Shown: in pieces, positions 25,291-35,520 of the stretch
Position numbering within the stretch: the stretch's first letter is position 1
Layout of the letters: every line of letters begins with the position of its first letter
Origin: Amphiscolops sp. MND2022
Lineage: Eukaryota
NCBI GenBank assembly: GCA_964187785.1
Contig: OZ076409.1
Span: forward strand, 89,714,001 to 89,778,000
Direction of reading: 5' to 3'
Length of the DNA: 64,000 nt
Position numbers and translations under genes: made by a program
Notes under the pieces: generated by a model
Seen by the model: only the letters and a program-made list of their open reading frames with translations
Told to the model about the DNA's origin: nothing
Databases searched by the model: none

Positions 25291-25765
25291 CTATCTGAAA
25301 ACCAGTGAGTTAACTACTGGAATTCCGAGATGAATCAGTCGAAACGGTCATGTAACCAGAATTCCGGGCTGTAGATACGCAAACAGGAAAATGGAAAAAG
25401 GACTAAACAAATGTAACTAATGAAAGTAGGACTAACACTCTCAAAAATCATACGTGTGAATTACAACTATTTTTCGGGTTTTCATTCGAAATTAGAACTG
25501 ATTTTGGTTTTAAAACAGATTTGGACTAACACCTGCGATTGAGTATGAGCTGGTCTTTTTAACGACGAGAGCTAGCATGTATGAACGAAATTAGAATCCA
25601 TCCTAATTAGAATATTAGAATTACAATATTTTTTCTTTCGAAATCGAATAAAAATTAGAATTACAATATTTTTTCTTTCGAAATCGAATAAAAATTCAAT
25701 GAGTTATATCACACAGTGCTTCAGAAAATTTCGGAATTTCCCAAAATTTTTACATAAGTAGCTTA

Positions 25766-26303
25766 AACAAGCCGGGAACGGCCCAAGTCGGCGCCATATC
25801 TAAGGCTCAAAAATAACAAAAGGACTTCAAAGTGTCAAGTATTCTCTTCTACAGTACCCGCGTGAGGAAAACTTAAAAAAATCCGATTTTTTTTGAATTT
25901 TTTTCGAATTTTTTTGGTCTCCGGTAAGTCGCATAGTGCCGAAAAATTGTAAAAGGGGGCCATTTGGGAGGTTTTGAACATCCATTCTTATGCAAAATAG
26001 AAAAAAAATGAAGGGTGGACCCTTTGGAGACATTAAAAAAAATTGCGAAAAAAGTCTCACAAAGCCGAAAAAAAACCTGCACAAAAAAAATTGATCAAGG
26101 GCGGGACTCGAACCCACGTCCTTCTGCTTGGCAGACCTCAAAAAGGTTAATTAACCTCTATGCCAAGTGCCAGCAGTGATAGCTAGCGTTGCAGTTACTG
26201 TTAGCAGCTATTTATAACTCTTCATAAAATCTGTCACTTCGTTGGTCTTAAAAAAAGTCACTACTATAGTCTGCGTTTTTCTTCGAAAAGCGCCGACTAA
26301 AAA
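25766..26303 (-). mobile_element. Helentron-associated non-autonomous element (HINE/DINE-1-like), copy 1
   Basis: Minus strand reads T-run + subTIR agtcggcgc ... subTIR gcgccgact + hairpin gccg-ttcc-cggc + ttgtt. It has internal modules gtcgcatagtgccgaaaaattgtaaaagggg. Confidence 0.7.
26098..26172 (-). other. tRNA-derived Pol III promoter-like module inside HINE copy 1
   Basis: A-box-like TGGCATAGAGG and B-box GGTTCGAGTCC at tRNA-like spacing. No intact cloverleaf. Confidence 0.6.
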
Positions 26304-26993
26304 CCGGGAACGGCCCAGGTCGGCGCCCGCTCAAGGTTCAAAAAAGTCAAGTATTTTGAATATGCAAAAGGACACTTTTAAAACTTCATCAACTTTGCAG
26401 TGCCAAAAATACCCCAAGCGATACGCATAAGACTCGAAAACCACTTTTTCTCCAACTGGAGAGGGGAATTTGAGGGAATTTTTTTCGAAAAGTTTGATGA
26501 AGGTCTTGGTAAGTCGCATATTGCCGAAAACCATAAGGAATCCTGTCGCAAATCGCTTCGTTTCTGGTAAAAATTGAGGGGGGCTTTGATAAAAGCAAGT
26601 TAGAAAAAAGTCACATCGAAAAAACGCCTGTCTTTAAAATAAGACCAAATTCGGATATAGCGTGCTGAGAAAACGGGCGAAAATTAATTTTAAGGCGAAA
26701 TCATTTTGAAAAACCTCAATGCCGAAAATTGTAAAGGACCCTTTGGGCTTTTTGAAAATCCAATTTGTTAGAAAAAAATTGAAGGGGGAACCTTGGGAGA
26801 CATAAAAATTTCTCGAAAAAAGTCTCACAAAGACTGAAGCAGGTACTCGAACCCCCTAAATCGATTGGTAGAAGTTGCAAGTTAGTGAGCAACAGCTTAT
26901 AAAATCTGTCAGTTCGTTGGTCTTGAAAATTCTAAGAAAAAAAAGAAAGTCACAACTTTAGTCTGCTCTTTCGATAAAAGCGCCGACTAAAAA
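26302..26993 (-). mobile_element. HINE-like element, copy 2 (abuts copy 1 head-to-tail)
   Basis: ccgggaacggcccaggtcggcgc at the left end and aaagcgccgactaaaaa at the right end. Confidence 0.65.
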
Positions 26994-27095
26994 CTACTGA
27001 TCAGAAGAAAATCTCACAATCAATTTTGTTTCCTTGACACTGTTCTTTAACTTTCGATTCTAACACTTCTGAAAATGTTTGTAAAATGAATAGCC

Positions 27096-27645
27096 AACAA
27101 GCCGAGAACGGCCAAAGTTGGCGCCATATCTAAGGCTCAAAATTTAAAAGGGGGACCCTTCGGGCTTTGTGAAACTCCAACTGGTTGCAAAAAATTTAAA
27201 AAAATCAAAGGGGGGACCCTTTGGAGACATGAAAAAATTTCCCAAAATTTTTTTTAAATGAGATTTTCGAACAGTGTCACAGTGCCGAAAAATGTAAAAG
27301 GGGGACACTTTGCGATTTTTTGACATCCATTGTGTTGCAAAATATCGAAACAAATGAAGGGGGACCCTCTGGTGCAATCCAAGAAACTTCAAAAAAAGTC
27401 GCATAGTTCCGAAAAAAAGTGGGGCTAAGGTGGGATCTCTATTGTGTTTTCGAGGTTGTGGACGTCTGTTTTGTTTTTTCTTTTCGTTTTGGACGCGCTT
27501 CTGAGGTTGGAGTTGTTGAGGTTTGAAGTTGTTGAGGTTTGAGGTTGTTGAACAAATGAACAAAAAAGTGGACCTTTCGTGTCTAAAAAAAACTACCCAC
27601 TGTAATAGTCGGGCACATTTTCTACTAAAATGCGCCGACTAAAAA
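27096..27645 (-). mobile_element. HINE-like element, copy 3
   Basis: aacaagccgagaacggccaaagttggcgcc at the left and gcgccgactaaaaa at the right. Internal gaggtt/gtt low-complexity tract at ~27500-27550. Confidence 0.65.
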
Positions 27646-28267
27646 CAGCTGTAATTCCGTGAAACATTCATATCTCTAACTTTCAATTTTAACAATTTTC
27701 TTGAAAATGCCCTCCTCAACTTACTCAGCAAAATGATCACAAACTGCGAAGCTGCACAGTTTTCAAGAAAGCTTTCTCAGAAAATATTAAACGTAAACGT
27801 TAAGGAAATGTGTCGAGGCTAAAAACGATTCGGGTTTTTTCTTCTGACCAATAGTTTTTGAGATATTGCGTAATAAAACTCGAAATATCCCAAATCTCTC
27901 CTCAAAATACCATGTGATATAACTTTTGGAACATTGATTCGACTTCAAAGCAAACACGGTTGCAATTCTGATCAAAATTGACGTTTGCTCCGGAGACTTT
28001 TTGTGAAACAAATAAATTGAATGATCTTGCGCTTTGCAAATTGTCATTAGTCAAATTGAATGTTTTGAGCTTTTTGGAACCCTACCGCGCACATAAATCC
28101 AAAACAAATCATTAGTTTCAACACACTCACATGAATTTTATGCGTATATTTTGGAAAGTTTCAGAACAGTGCAAAAAACTCGAAATTTAATGGATTTTGA
28201 TTTTAGACCTCAATTACAGAACAGAACCGTAACAGCCAATCACTTTGCGGAACCACTTCAGCATATA

Positions 28268-28445
28268 CAGTAAACCCTCGATTATCCGCCACCATTGGTC
28301 CAGCACGAATTATGGCGGATAAGTGAGAGTGGCGGTTAATCAAGGGAGCTTAGACACGGGTGCTATAGCAAAATGTCCCCGTTGATTTGTGGCGGTTGAC
28401 CAAAGGTGGCGGATAATCGAGTGGCGGATAATCGAGGGTTTACTG
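28268..28445. mobile_element. Tc1/mariner/pogo-type MITE, 178 bp
   Basis: Perfect 25-bp TIR cagtaaaccctcgattatccgccac, flanked by TA on both sides. Confidence 0.92.
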
Positions 28446-28576
28446 TAGATTGTTTTGATTGGCTGAGAAGAGTTCCCCGATGCCACCTTTTAAAACAGTG
28501 GAACACGAAAAATAACTGATTTTGATTTCAATCAATTTGAATTTGTAGGTTCTAGTTACCCTGATGTTCAAATGTT

Positions 28577-28582
28577 TTTATT
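28577..28582 (-). promoter_or_regulatory. candidate polyadenylation signal of CCT6
   Basis: AATAAA on the minus strand ~240 nt after the stop. The context is AT-rich, so a chance match is possible. Confidence 0.3.
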
Positions 28583-28823
28583 ATTATGGTATCGTTTGTT
28601 ATGATTAGCTCATCTGAACTAGAAATGGTGTTCGTGCCTCAATTTGTTCGTACTACTCATGCGAGCTTTAAAATGGATTTTCACCAATAAATTTTCAATT
28701 TCCAACAATCACTCAAAATTTTGTACACAAATTAAACAAGGCATTCTTTTCTGAAGTGCAGCAAGCGCATGATTGCCATGATTGCTTTGGTTTAGCTTTT
28801 GTTGTTGAGATACCAATCGTTGT

Positions 28824-29606
28824 TTATCCCTTCAATGAAGACATGCCGGCTTTCATTATTTCGTCGACCAGGAGTAAATTGGACGCAATTACTGTGCATG
28901 AATGAATCAACTGACGCTTCACACAGTAGTTATCAACCACTCCGGCTTGCAGAGCATCCATTGCTTTTCCGGTCTTCAAGTCCAAACCAGGGAACTTGAT
29001 AGATTCCGAGCCCAAACTGTCCATCAAAGTCACAATCGACTCCTGGGCGTCCAATCCAGCGTTTTGAGCCAGCACTTTGGGAATGATGAGCAAGGCGTCT
29101 GCAAATGCTTGAATGCCAAGCTTGGCTCTTCCTTGTACTTCTTTCTTGTACTTAACCAACTCTTGGCTAGCATACACTTCAAAGGCGCCAGCTCCCGGAA
29201 TCAGACAATCGTCCTGCATTGCGTTTTTCACTGCACGGAGTCCATCGTGAATTGCATCTTTGATTTGGGTTAAGGTGTGTTTGTTCGGACCTTTGATAAG
29301 TAGAGTTACACTGTGTGGGTTTTGGCACTTTTCCACGAAAGTGAATTTATCTTCTCCCAACACAGTTTCGTAAGCCAGCCCACATTGACCCAACACATCT
29401 GGGGACAGACCTTCGAAGCTGTTGATAGCCTGGCCACCACAAGCAAGAGTAATTCTCTCCATGTTTCTTCGCTTTGCTCGTCTGAGGGCGATGATGTTTT
29501 CTTTGGCAAGAGCGTCCAAGGAAAGGGGGTCGATTCCTTTCTGGTTAATCAGCAGGAAACCTTTCTTGGGATCATCTCCACAAACTTCTTTCTTCAAAGC
29601 AATAAC
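28824..29606 (-). CDS. CCT6: T-complex protein 1 subunit zeta, coding exon 2
   Basis: [16 protein letters not shown]..., [15 protein letters not shown]-terminus [16 protein letters not shown]. Acceptor ttaacag|. The spliced total is 534 aa. Confidence 0.97.
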   Translation of the reverse strand, partial: VIALKKEVCGDDPKKGFLLINQKGIDPLSLDALAKENIIALRRAKRRNMERITLACGGQAINSFEGLSPDVLGQCGLAYETVLGEDKFTFVEKCQNPHSVTLLIKGPNKHTLTQIKDAIHDGLRAVKNAMQDDCLIPGAGAFEVYASQELVKYKKEVQGRAKLGIQAFADALLIIPKVLAQNAGLDAQESIVTLMDSLGSESIKFPGLDLKTGKAMDALQAGVVDNYCVKRQLIHSCTVIASNLLLVDEIMKAGMSSLKG

Positions 29607-29901
29607 CTGTTAAAACGCAAAACGAAGTAAATTACTTTCGTGTGCTTACAAACTGAACAACAACATTAAACAGTATACTTTCACCAATTTGTTCGTAACT
29701 GAGATGAAAATTATTATTACTATTATTATAAAGACTTCGTCGATATGTCACAAGGAAAAGCTTCCGAATTTAAAGCAGGCATTTGATACATTGTTACACA
29801 AAGGCAGAAACCAGTCAAGGATGTGAAAGGATTGTTTAACGATTTCTAAGCAGTCACAAAAAACGTGTAATTTCAAACACCAGACACATAATAGAAATAA
29901 C

Positions 29902-30723
29902 CTGCTGGACTCTCTCATCAATGAGACATCTTTCCGCAGCCACTAACTTCTCCCTTTCCTCGGCAGATTTATAGAAGAAACCCGAGTTTACTTCGGTCTT
30001 CTCATACTCTAGAGATACATTGCAAGTCAAGACGAAACAATTTTCTCCTTTCTTTGGCATATTAGGATGTCTGGCTCCGTGATCCATCACAATGCCACGA
30101 ACAAGTTGAGTATCTACATCCAGCTTGTGCATCATTTCCATAATTTCCACCATATGCAAATCTAATGGCTTTCCCTCAATTTTTATGGCGAGAACTGCAT
30201 CGACAATTTTTTCCGTTAAAAGGTCAGCTAGTTCAGGGTGCACTTTGGTTCTCAAACTGGTTCGGGCAACGTTACAGAGAGCTTCACGATCTATTTTTCC
30301 ACTCAAACATTTCATATCATCGAGCAAACTCAGGCATTTTTGTTTAGCTAAAGTAAATCCCTCTGTGAGCAATCGGGGGTGAAGCCCTTCAGATACGTAA
30401 AGCTCAGCTTGCTTGATAAGCTCGCCTATGATCAGAACATTCGATGTAGTTCCATCTCCAGTGACGTCATCTTGGGCCGTGGCCACTCGGGCCACCAGTG
30501 AAGCTGTGGGATGTTGAATTTGCATTTCGTGCAGCAAAACATTCCCATCTTTCGTGATTTTGATATCGCCTGCTCCAGAGACTAACATTTTCATCGTACC
30601 TTTGGGGCCCAGATTTGTTCTCAAGACATCCTGGAGGCCTCTAGCAGCAGTGATGTTAACAGAAAGAGCTTGTGCTGCTCTGGCAATTTCAGCCTTGGGA
30701 TTGAGAACTTTGACAGCAGACAT
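29902..30723 (-). CDS. CCT6: T-complex protein 1 subunit zeta, coding exon 1
   Basis: [12 protein letters not shown]..., [22 protein letters not shown]-binding motif, [25 protein letters not shown] are CCT6-specific. Donor CAG|gttatt. 274 codons. Confidence 0.97.
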
Positions 30724-31339
30724 GTCTGAAAAAGTAATCTCAAATGATCGGCAATTTACATAAGGTCTAGACCACAAACAAAGTTTATGAACAAAATTGC
30801 TACTGAACAAAAACTCTAGGGAAACAGCAAGTTGAGAGATCTAACTGGAATTTGAGGAAAATTATTTCAACAAAAAATCAGACGGCATGATGATTTGAAA
30901 TAGCGTCTCCTTCAGAGAAAGCATTGGTCTAGTTGTTGCATGCACGGTCACCCTCGCAGTTAAAGACCAACTCACACTCAATCGCTTTGCAATCTTCGGC
31001 GCCGTTAGGTTTTCCCTCCGCCTCGACCCCGCTCAGCAAGAACTGCACTGGCGGCCGCGAGGAACTGGGGAATGTGATAAAAGGGTGCTAGCGAGTCATT
31101 TCATAGGAAAATGCCTGCCATTTATTAGATCTCGGGCAGTTTCACCGTTTTAGATCTACAGATGAAAAATTGTAAATGCGCATGTCGAATCGTTAGATCC
31201 TATTTTTGTTTCCTCTAATTTGACATTGAAAGCAACAAATATATACGAAACACTACAAATGTAGTAGTAAAAGACTTAAATTCTACTTTTATGTAGATAT
31301 TAAACAGCCTGTTTATTTATGATAGAAAATATAAGAACA

Positions 31340-32065
31340 AAAATCAACAGCAATAGCACTTCAAAAACCTACAATCCGATTTATCATAGCCATATTTAAA
31401 GTAGTTTCGGAAAATATTTTTCAGTTTAGGCTTAAATGAGGTCGTGTCGAAGAAGTCATTCTCGAATTTCGATGATACGAAATTAGCTCGATTAACAACT
31501 CTGTTCATGAAAAAGCGGTCGGTGGACTTCAGTCTTGTTTTCTTCTGAGAAGTTTTCGTGATGAAAATCGGGTGGCATAGTGGCGGGAAGCTCCTTTGTA
31601 GAACAGTCCTGAACATATCGGAGAATCTTTGACAATACATTGATGGGGTGGGCGGAAGTAGGTCGAAGGAACGGGATCGAAAATCAGAGTTAGTCCTCAG
31701 GTGGACATACCAAATTTTTGAATGGGATCGAAACAACTCGGATCGAAATTTTTATAACGTAGTCAGATATGTTCACATACCCCTAGTGCCCTGAATGCAG
31801 GAGCGAAGCGACGTGCCATATGGCCATGCCTCAATGTTGCTACTTGGCGAAGAGAGCGAAGCGACCGAGCCATACAACAAATACGATGAAATTCGACCGC
31901 CTTCCATTCGATCCCTGCAATTCGATCATAAGGTTCGACCTCTGTCCTTTCGACCAGAAAAATTCGACCTATTTACAGCCACCCACATTGATGTAGGTAA
32001 AGGGGGTCGTTCAACTGAAATATCAAAGAAAAGGGAAGCAAATTGAGGGCTAATAGCCGATCCTT
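31340..32065 (-). mobile_element. 3' relic of CR1/L2-like LINE, interrupted by a MITE
   Basis: DDYKDRLLALNLLPFS and RFFMNRVVN resemble CR1/L2 ORF2 C-terminal motifs, and the two parts are contiguous across the MITE. Confidence 0.65.
31646..31984. mobile_element. Mutator-type MITE, 339 bp, with 9-bp TSD
   Basis: Imperfect TIRs GGGTGG...TAGGTCGA. acattgatg is duplicated at 31637-31645 and 31985-31993. Confidence 0.85.
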
Positions 32066-32091
32066 ATAATCATCAATATATATATATATAT

Positions 32092-34550
32092 CCTGAAGAA
32101 TTGATCAATCCACTCTGCGCATGGCAAGACCCCTTTTGAGATGTTTCACGGAAGGAAGCCTGACCTTTCACATCTTCACGTGTTTGGGTGCCAGTCGTTT
32201 GTGCTCAACGAAGTCAGGAAGAAGCTGGACAGCAAAGCACGGGAAGCTATTCTACCGGGATACTAGGGAAATTCTAAGGCATATGTAGTAGCCTCAACAG
32301 ATGGGTCAGAGACAAGAGCACCAAAGGTCTGGGTATCACGGAACGTCAACTTCAACGACGATGCATTTCCTTACCAACGTGGTCCTGCAGTCACCCAAGT
32401 GGAGAGCGAGGACGATGATGCATCTCAATCAGATGTTGATGATCTGAAATCGGGGTCAGATGAACAATGCGAGACCACATCTACGAAAACCCATGCAATC
32501 CAGGGCGAATCAGAAGATAACATCAATCCAGATGAAGGGACATCCAATGTTACAGACAGTACATTAGCAGTGCAGCAGACGACAACCAGATGTTCGGGAA
32601 GGACTCGAAGGGCGCCTCAACACTTCGGTGACTATTTGACAGGGAGAGAATTGGGGAACCTGGCACTTCACTGTGATGCTTTGATTTCAAGCGGCCTTCC
32701 AAGCAATAGAGCAGACGCCCTGGCGGATCCCAACTGGAAAGCAGCGACGGACAGAGAGTTCAAATCTTTGGAAGAAAATGGTGTCTGGGAGCTAGTCAAG
32801 CCACCATCAGGACAAGGCATCATCAGCGGAAAAAGGCATTTTGCTCATAAACTAGATGACGAAGGAAACGTGGTAAAGTACAAGGCGCGATTCGTGGCAC
32901 GGGGTTCCACTCAGACGCCAGGCATTAATTTTCACGACACCTACTCACCAACAGCGAAGCTGTCTACACTCAGAACTGTCCTGGCATGTGGGGTGAAGCT
33001 GGGTATGCATTTCAATCACATGAACATAAAGACAGCATACCTGAACGCACCAATTCAAGAAGACATCTACTTTGAGCAGCCAGAGGGGTACCAAAAAGGC
33101 AAACAGATGATGTGCAAGCTTAAGCGGTCACTTTATGGACTAAAGCAATCGGGGCGCAATTGGTTTGAGTGTCTCTCCTCCCATCTGTTTGAGCTCAACT
33201 TCAAGGCATCACTTCACGACCCTTGCTTGCTGACTCTGACGAGGAATGGTCACAAGTGCTGGATAGTGATCTGGGTGGATGATTTTCTTTACGGGTCAAC
33301 TGACAGACAATTTACCACGTGGTTCAATGACAAGATGAGCGAGCGGTTCAACATTGGCGAAAGCGGTCCTCTGACGTGGTTCTTGGGAATTTCCTTCAAA
33401 TGGGGTGACGGTTCGCTGACAATGAAGCATCAGGGGTATGTGAGCAACCTACTTCGCAAACACGGTATGGGCGAGTGCAAGGCAGCTTCAACACCACTCG
33501 CAGACAAGCTGGATCTGACGAAGGATCAGATGCCAGAGGACGGATCAGATGAGCAACAGCAAATGTTGAGACATGACTACAGAGGTCTGGTGGGTAGCAT
33601 TGCTTACCTATCACTGTCCACTCGACCTGACCTGGCATTCCCGGCCCACCTACTTTCTTGATTTCTTAGCAACCCTGGATTTGCTCACTGGCAAGCAGCG
33701 AAGCACGTGTTACGCTACCTCAGAGGTACAGCTGACGTGGGAATCACTTTCATGAAGTGCGATGATACAGGCCTAAATGGATACACGGATTCAGACTATG
33801 CCAGCTGCAAGGACGATAGACGAAGCATCACTGGTTTCTGCTTCAACGTGGGTAGTGAAGCAATATCATGGGCTGCTAGACGACAAACATGTGTAGCGAC
33901 TTCAACCACTGAGGCAGAACTTCATGCCTTGAGCGAAGCCGTAAAGGAAGCGGCGCATTTGCGGGGGATTCTGGACACTCTTGGAGAATCCGGAGCGACG
34001 ACTTTGTTCACGGACAGTCAATCGTGCCTAGCATTGGCAACCAGAGATGACAACAGCGCTAAGACGAAACACTTTGCAACTAGGATGGCCTATGAGCGGG
34101 AGACAGTGAAGAATCAGTCGATAGATCTGAAGTTTATTGCAAGTGGTGACAATTGCGCTGACATTTTCACGAAGGGACTGGGTAAGACAAAGACGCAACA
34201 ACACCTTGCTCGGCTGTCGGCAATGCGGGGGTATCAAGGTTTGCCATCCGCCTCGCAAGGCGGGAACGATCAAATGATGAGCCACGACCCCTAAGGTTCA
34301 AGTTCCTGCCATATGACATCGCACACACAACTTTTGATGCCGCACATTGATGTACCTGTTTGTGCGATACAACATACAACTCTTGATACCGCACATTTTT
34401 TGTTGACTGACAGGTACCTGTCGCGGTGCTATATATACCCGATGCTGAACCAATTCTACCATCAATTGCAATTGTAAATCCATAAACCAAGTCTGATCAT
34501 AACTAATCAATCTCAATTCAGTTCTTCATTCCTACTCAACCTGTTTTGAA
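32092..34550 (+). mobile_element. 5'-truncated Ty1/copia (IN C-terminus, RT, RNase H, 3' LTR 34232-34550)
   Basis: KTPFEMFHGRKPDLSHL, YKARFVARG, LYGLKQSGRNW, IWVDD, YTDSDY, ADIFTK. The PPT gcggggg precedes a 319-bp LTR. The element starts after an (AT)n tract. Confidence 0.93.
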
Positions 34551-34849
34551 TTATATTTATATATAAAAATTATAAAATGAAGCCCCTCTTTGCGGGCAGG
34601 TATGGAACAGAACAATTTAAGAACAGTTACAATATAGTGGAAGCATACATATTAGGCAGGATCGCCTACGGCAGTTTCAGTTCATTAAATAATGATTGTA
34701 CCGGAGATGAAATTTCTAATAATGGCACAGTCATCAGAGAGGAAAAGATCAAGAGAATTGAGATGAAAGTGCCTGAAATTACAATAATTTGGACAATAGA
34801 AGAAATAGTGGTAGCTGTTCAGCTCTGACGTTCCACAAATACACTTGTT

Positions 34850-35464
34850 TCAAGCTAACCTTCGTGAGCTTCCGTTGAGAAGATCGCTTATCATATTGGC
34901 AATCAAAGGGTTCCCGTCCAGTAAAGGTGAATGAATCGTTTCTTGTGGCAAGTTGGAAATGAAATTCCTGAGGAAATTGTCATTATACGGACTGTTCCAT
35001 CTGCGGTTCCATTTATCCCTGATGAAGGCATTGATGGAGTCCCGAGTGTAAGAATGAGACATATGAGTTCTTTCAAATCTTCTCAGTTTGCTTAGGAGAA
35101 GGGAGGAGAGACTACTGGGTCTAGTCAATGTTTTGACATGCGTCGCCGTAACTAAATCATCTTTATTCACTGATTTGATTAAAAATTTTATTTCAATTGA
35201 AGAACAAAAAATATCTATAGGAGGAATCCCCATCAACACTTCATTAGCTGCTATCTTTGGAGACATGCTGTGTTTCATTATGGAGCGAATGATTCGATTT
35301 TGTACAACCTGTAGGCTTGCATAGTTTCTTTGGGCCCATATCGGCTCCGCATATAATAACTGTGGTCTGATTATGGTTTTATACAGATAGGCTTGTGTTG
35401 GTATACTGAGGCCCCACCTGTTAGAGCATTTACTCTTATAATCTGTTATACTCTCTATAATCAT
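34850..35464 (-). mobile_element. non-LTR retrotransposon ORF2 C-terminal fragment (I/Jockey-group-like)
   Basis: LYKTIIRPQLLYAEPIW...LQVVQNRIIRSI...EVLMGIPPI post-RT motifs. Confidence 0.75.
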
Positions 35465-35520
35465 CTATAGGTCCAAACCAACGAGTAACGTTATTTTGAA
35501 TGACTTCTAATTTCGATAAA

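Noticed and set aside
26098-26172. Functional tRNA gene
   Set aside because: No valid anticodon arm, and it lies within a repeat element.
29743-29880. H/ACA snoRNA in the CCT6 intron (vertebrate CCT6 hosts snoRNAs)
   Set aside because: ANANNA and ACA motifs exist, but the spacing gives too short a 3' hairpin and I could not fold two convincing stems. It would need snoReport/Infernal.
30950-31090. GC-rich segment as a structured ncRNA (telomerase, RNase P, SRP)
   Set aside because: No template or conserved-region motif is recognised. A CCT6 promoter or 5'-UTR exon is the simpler explanation.
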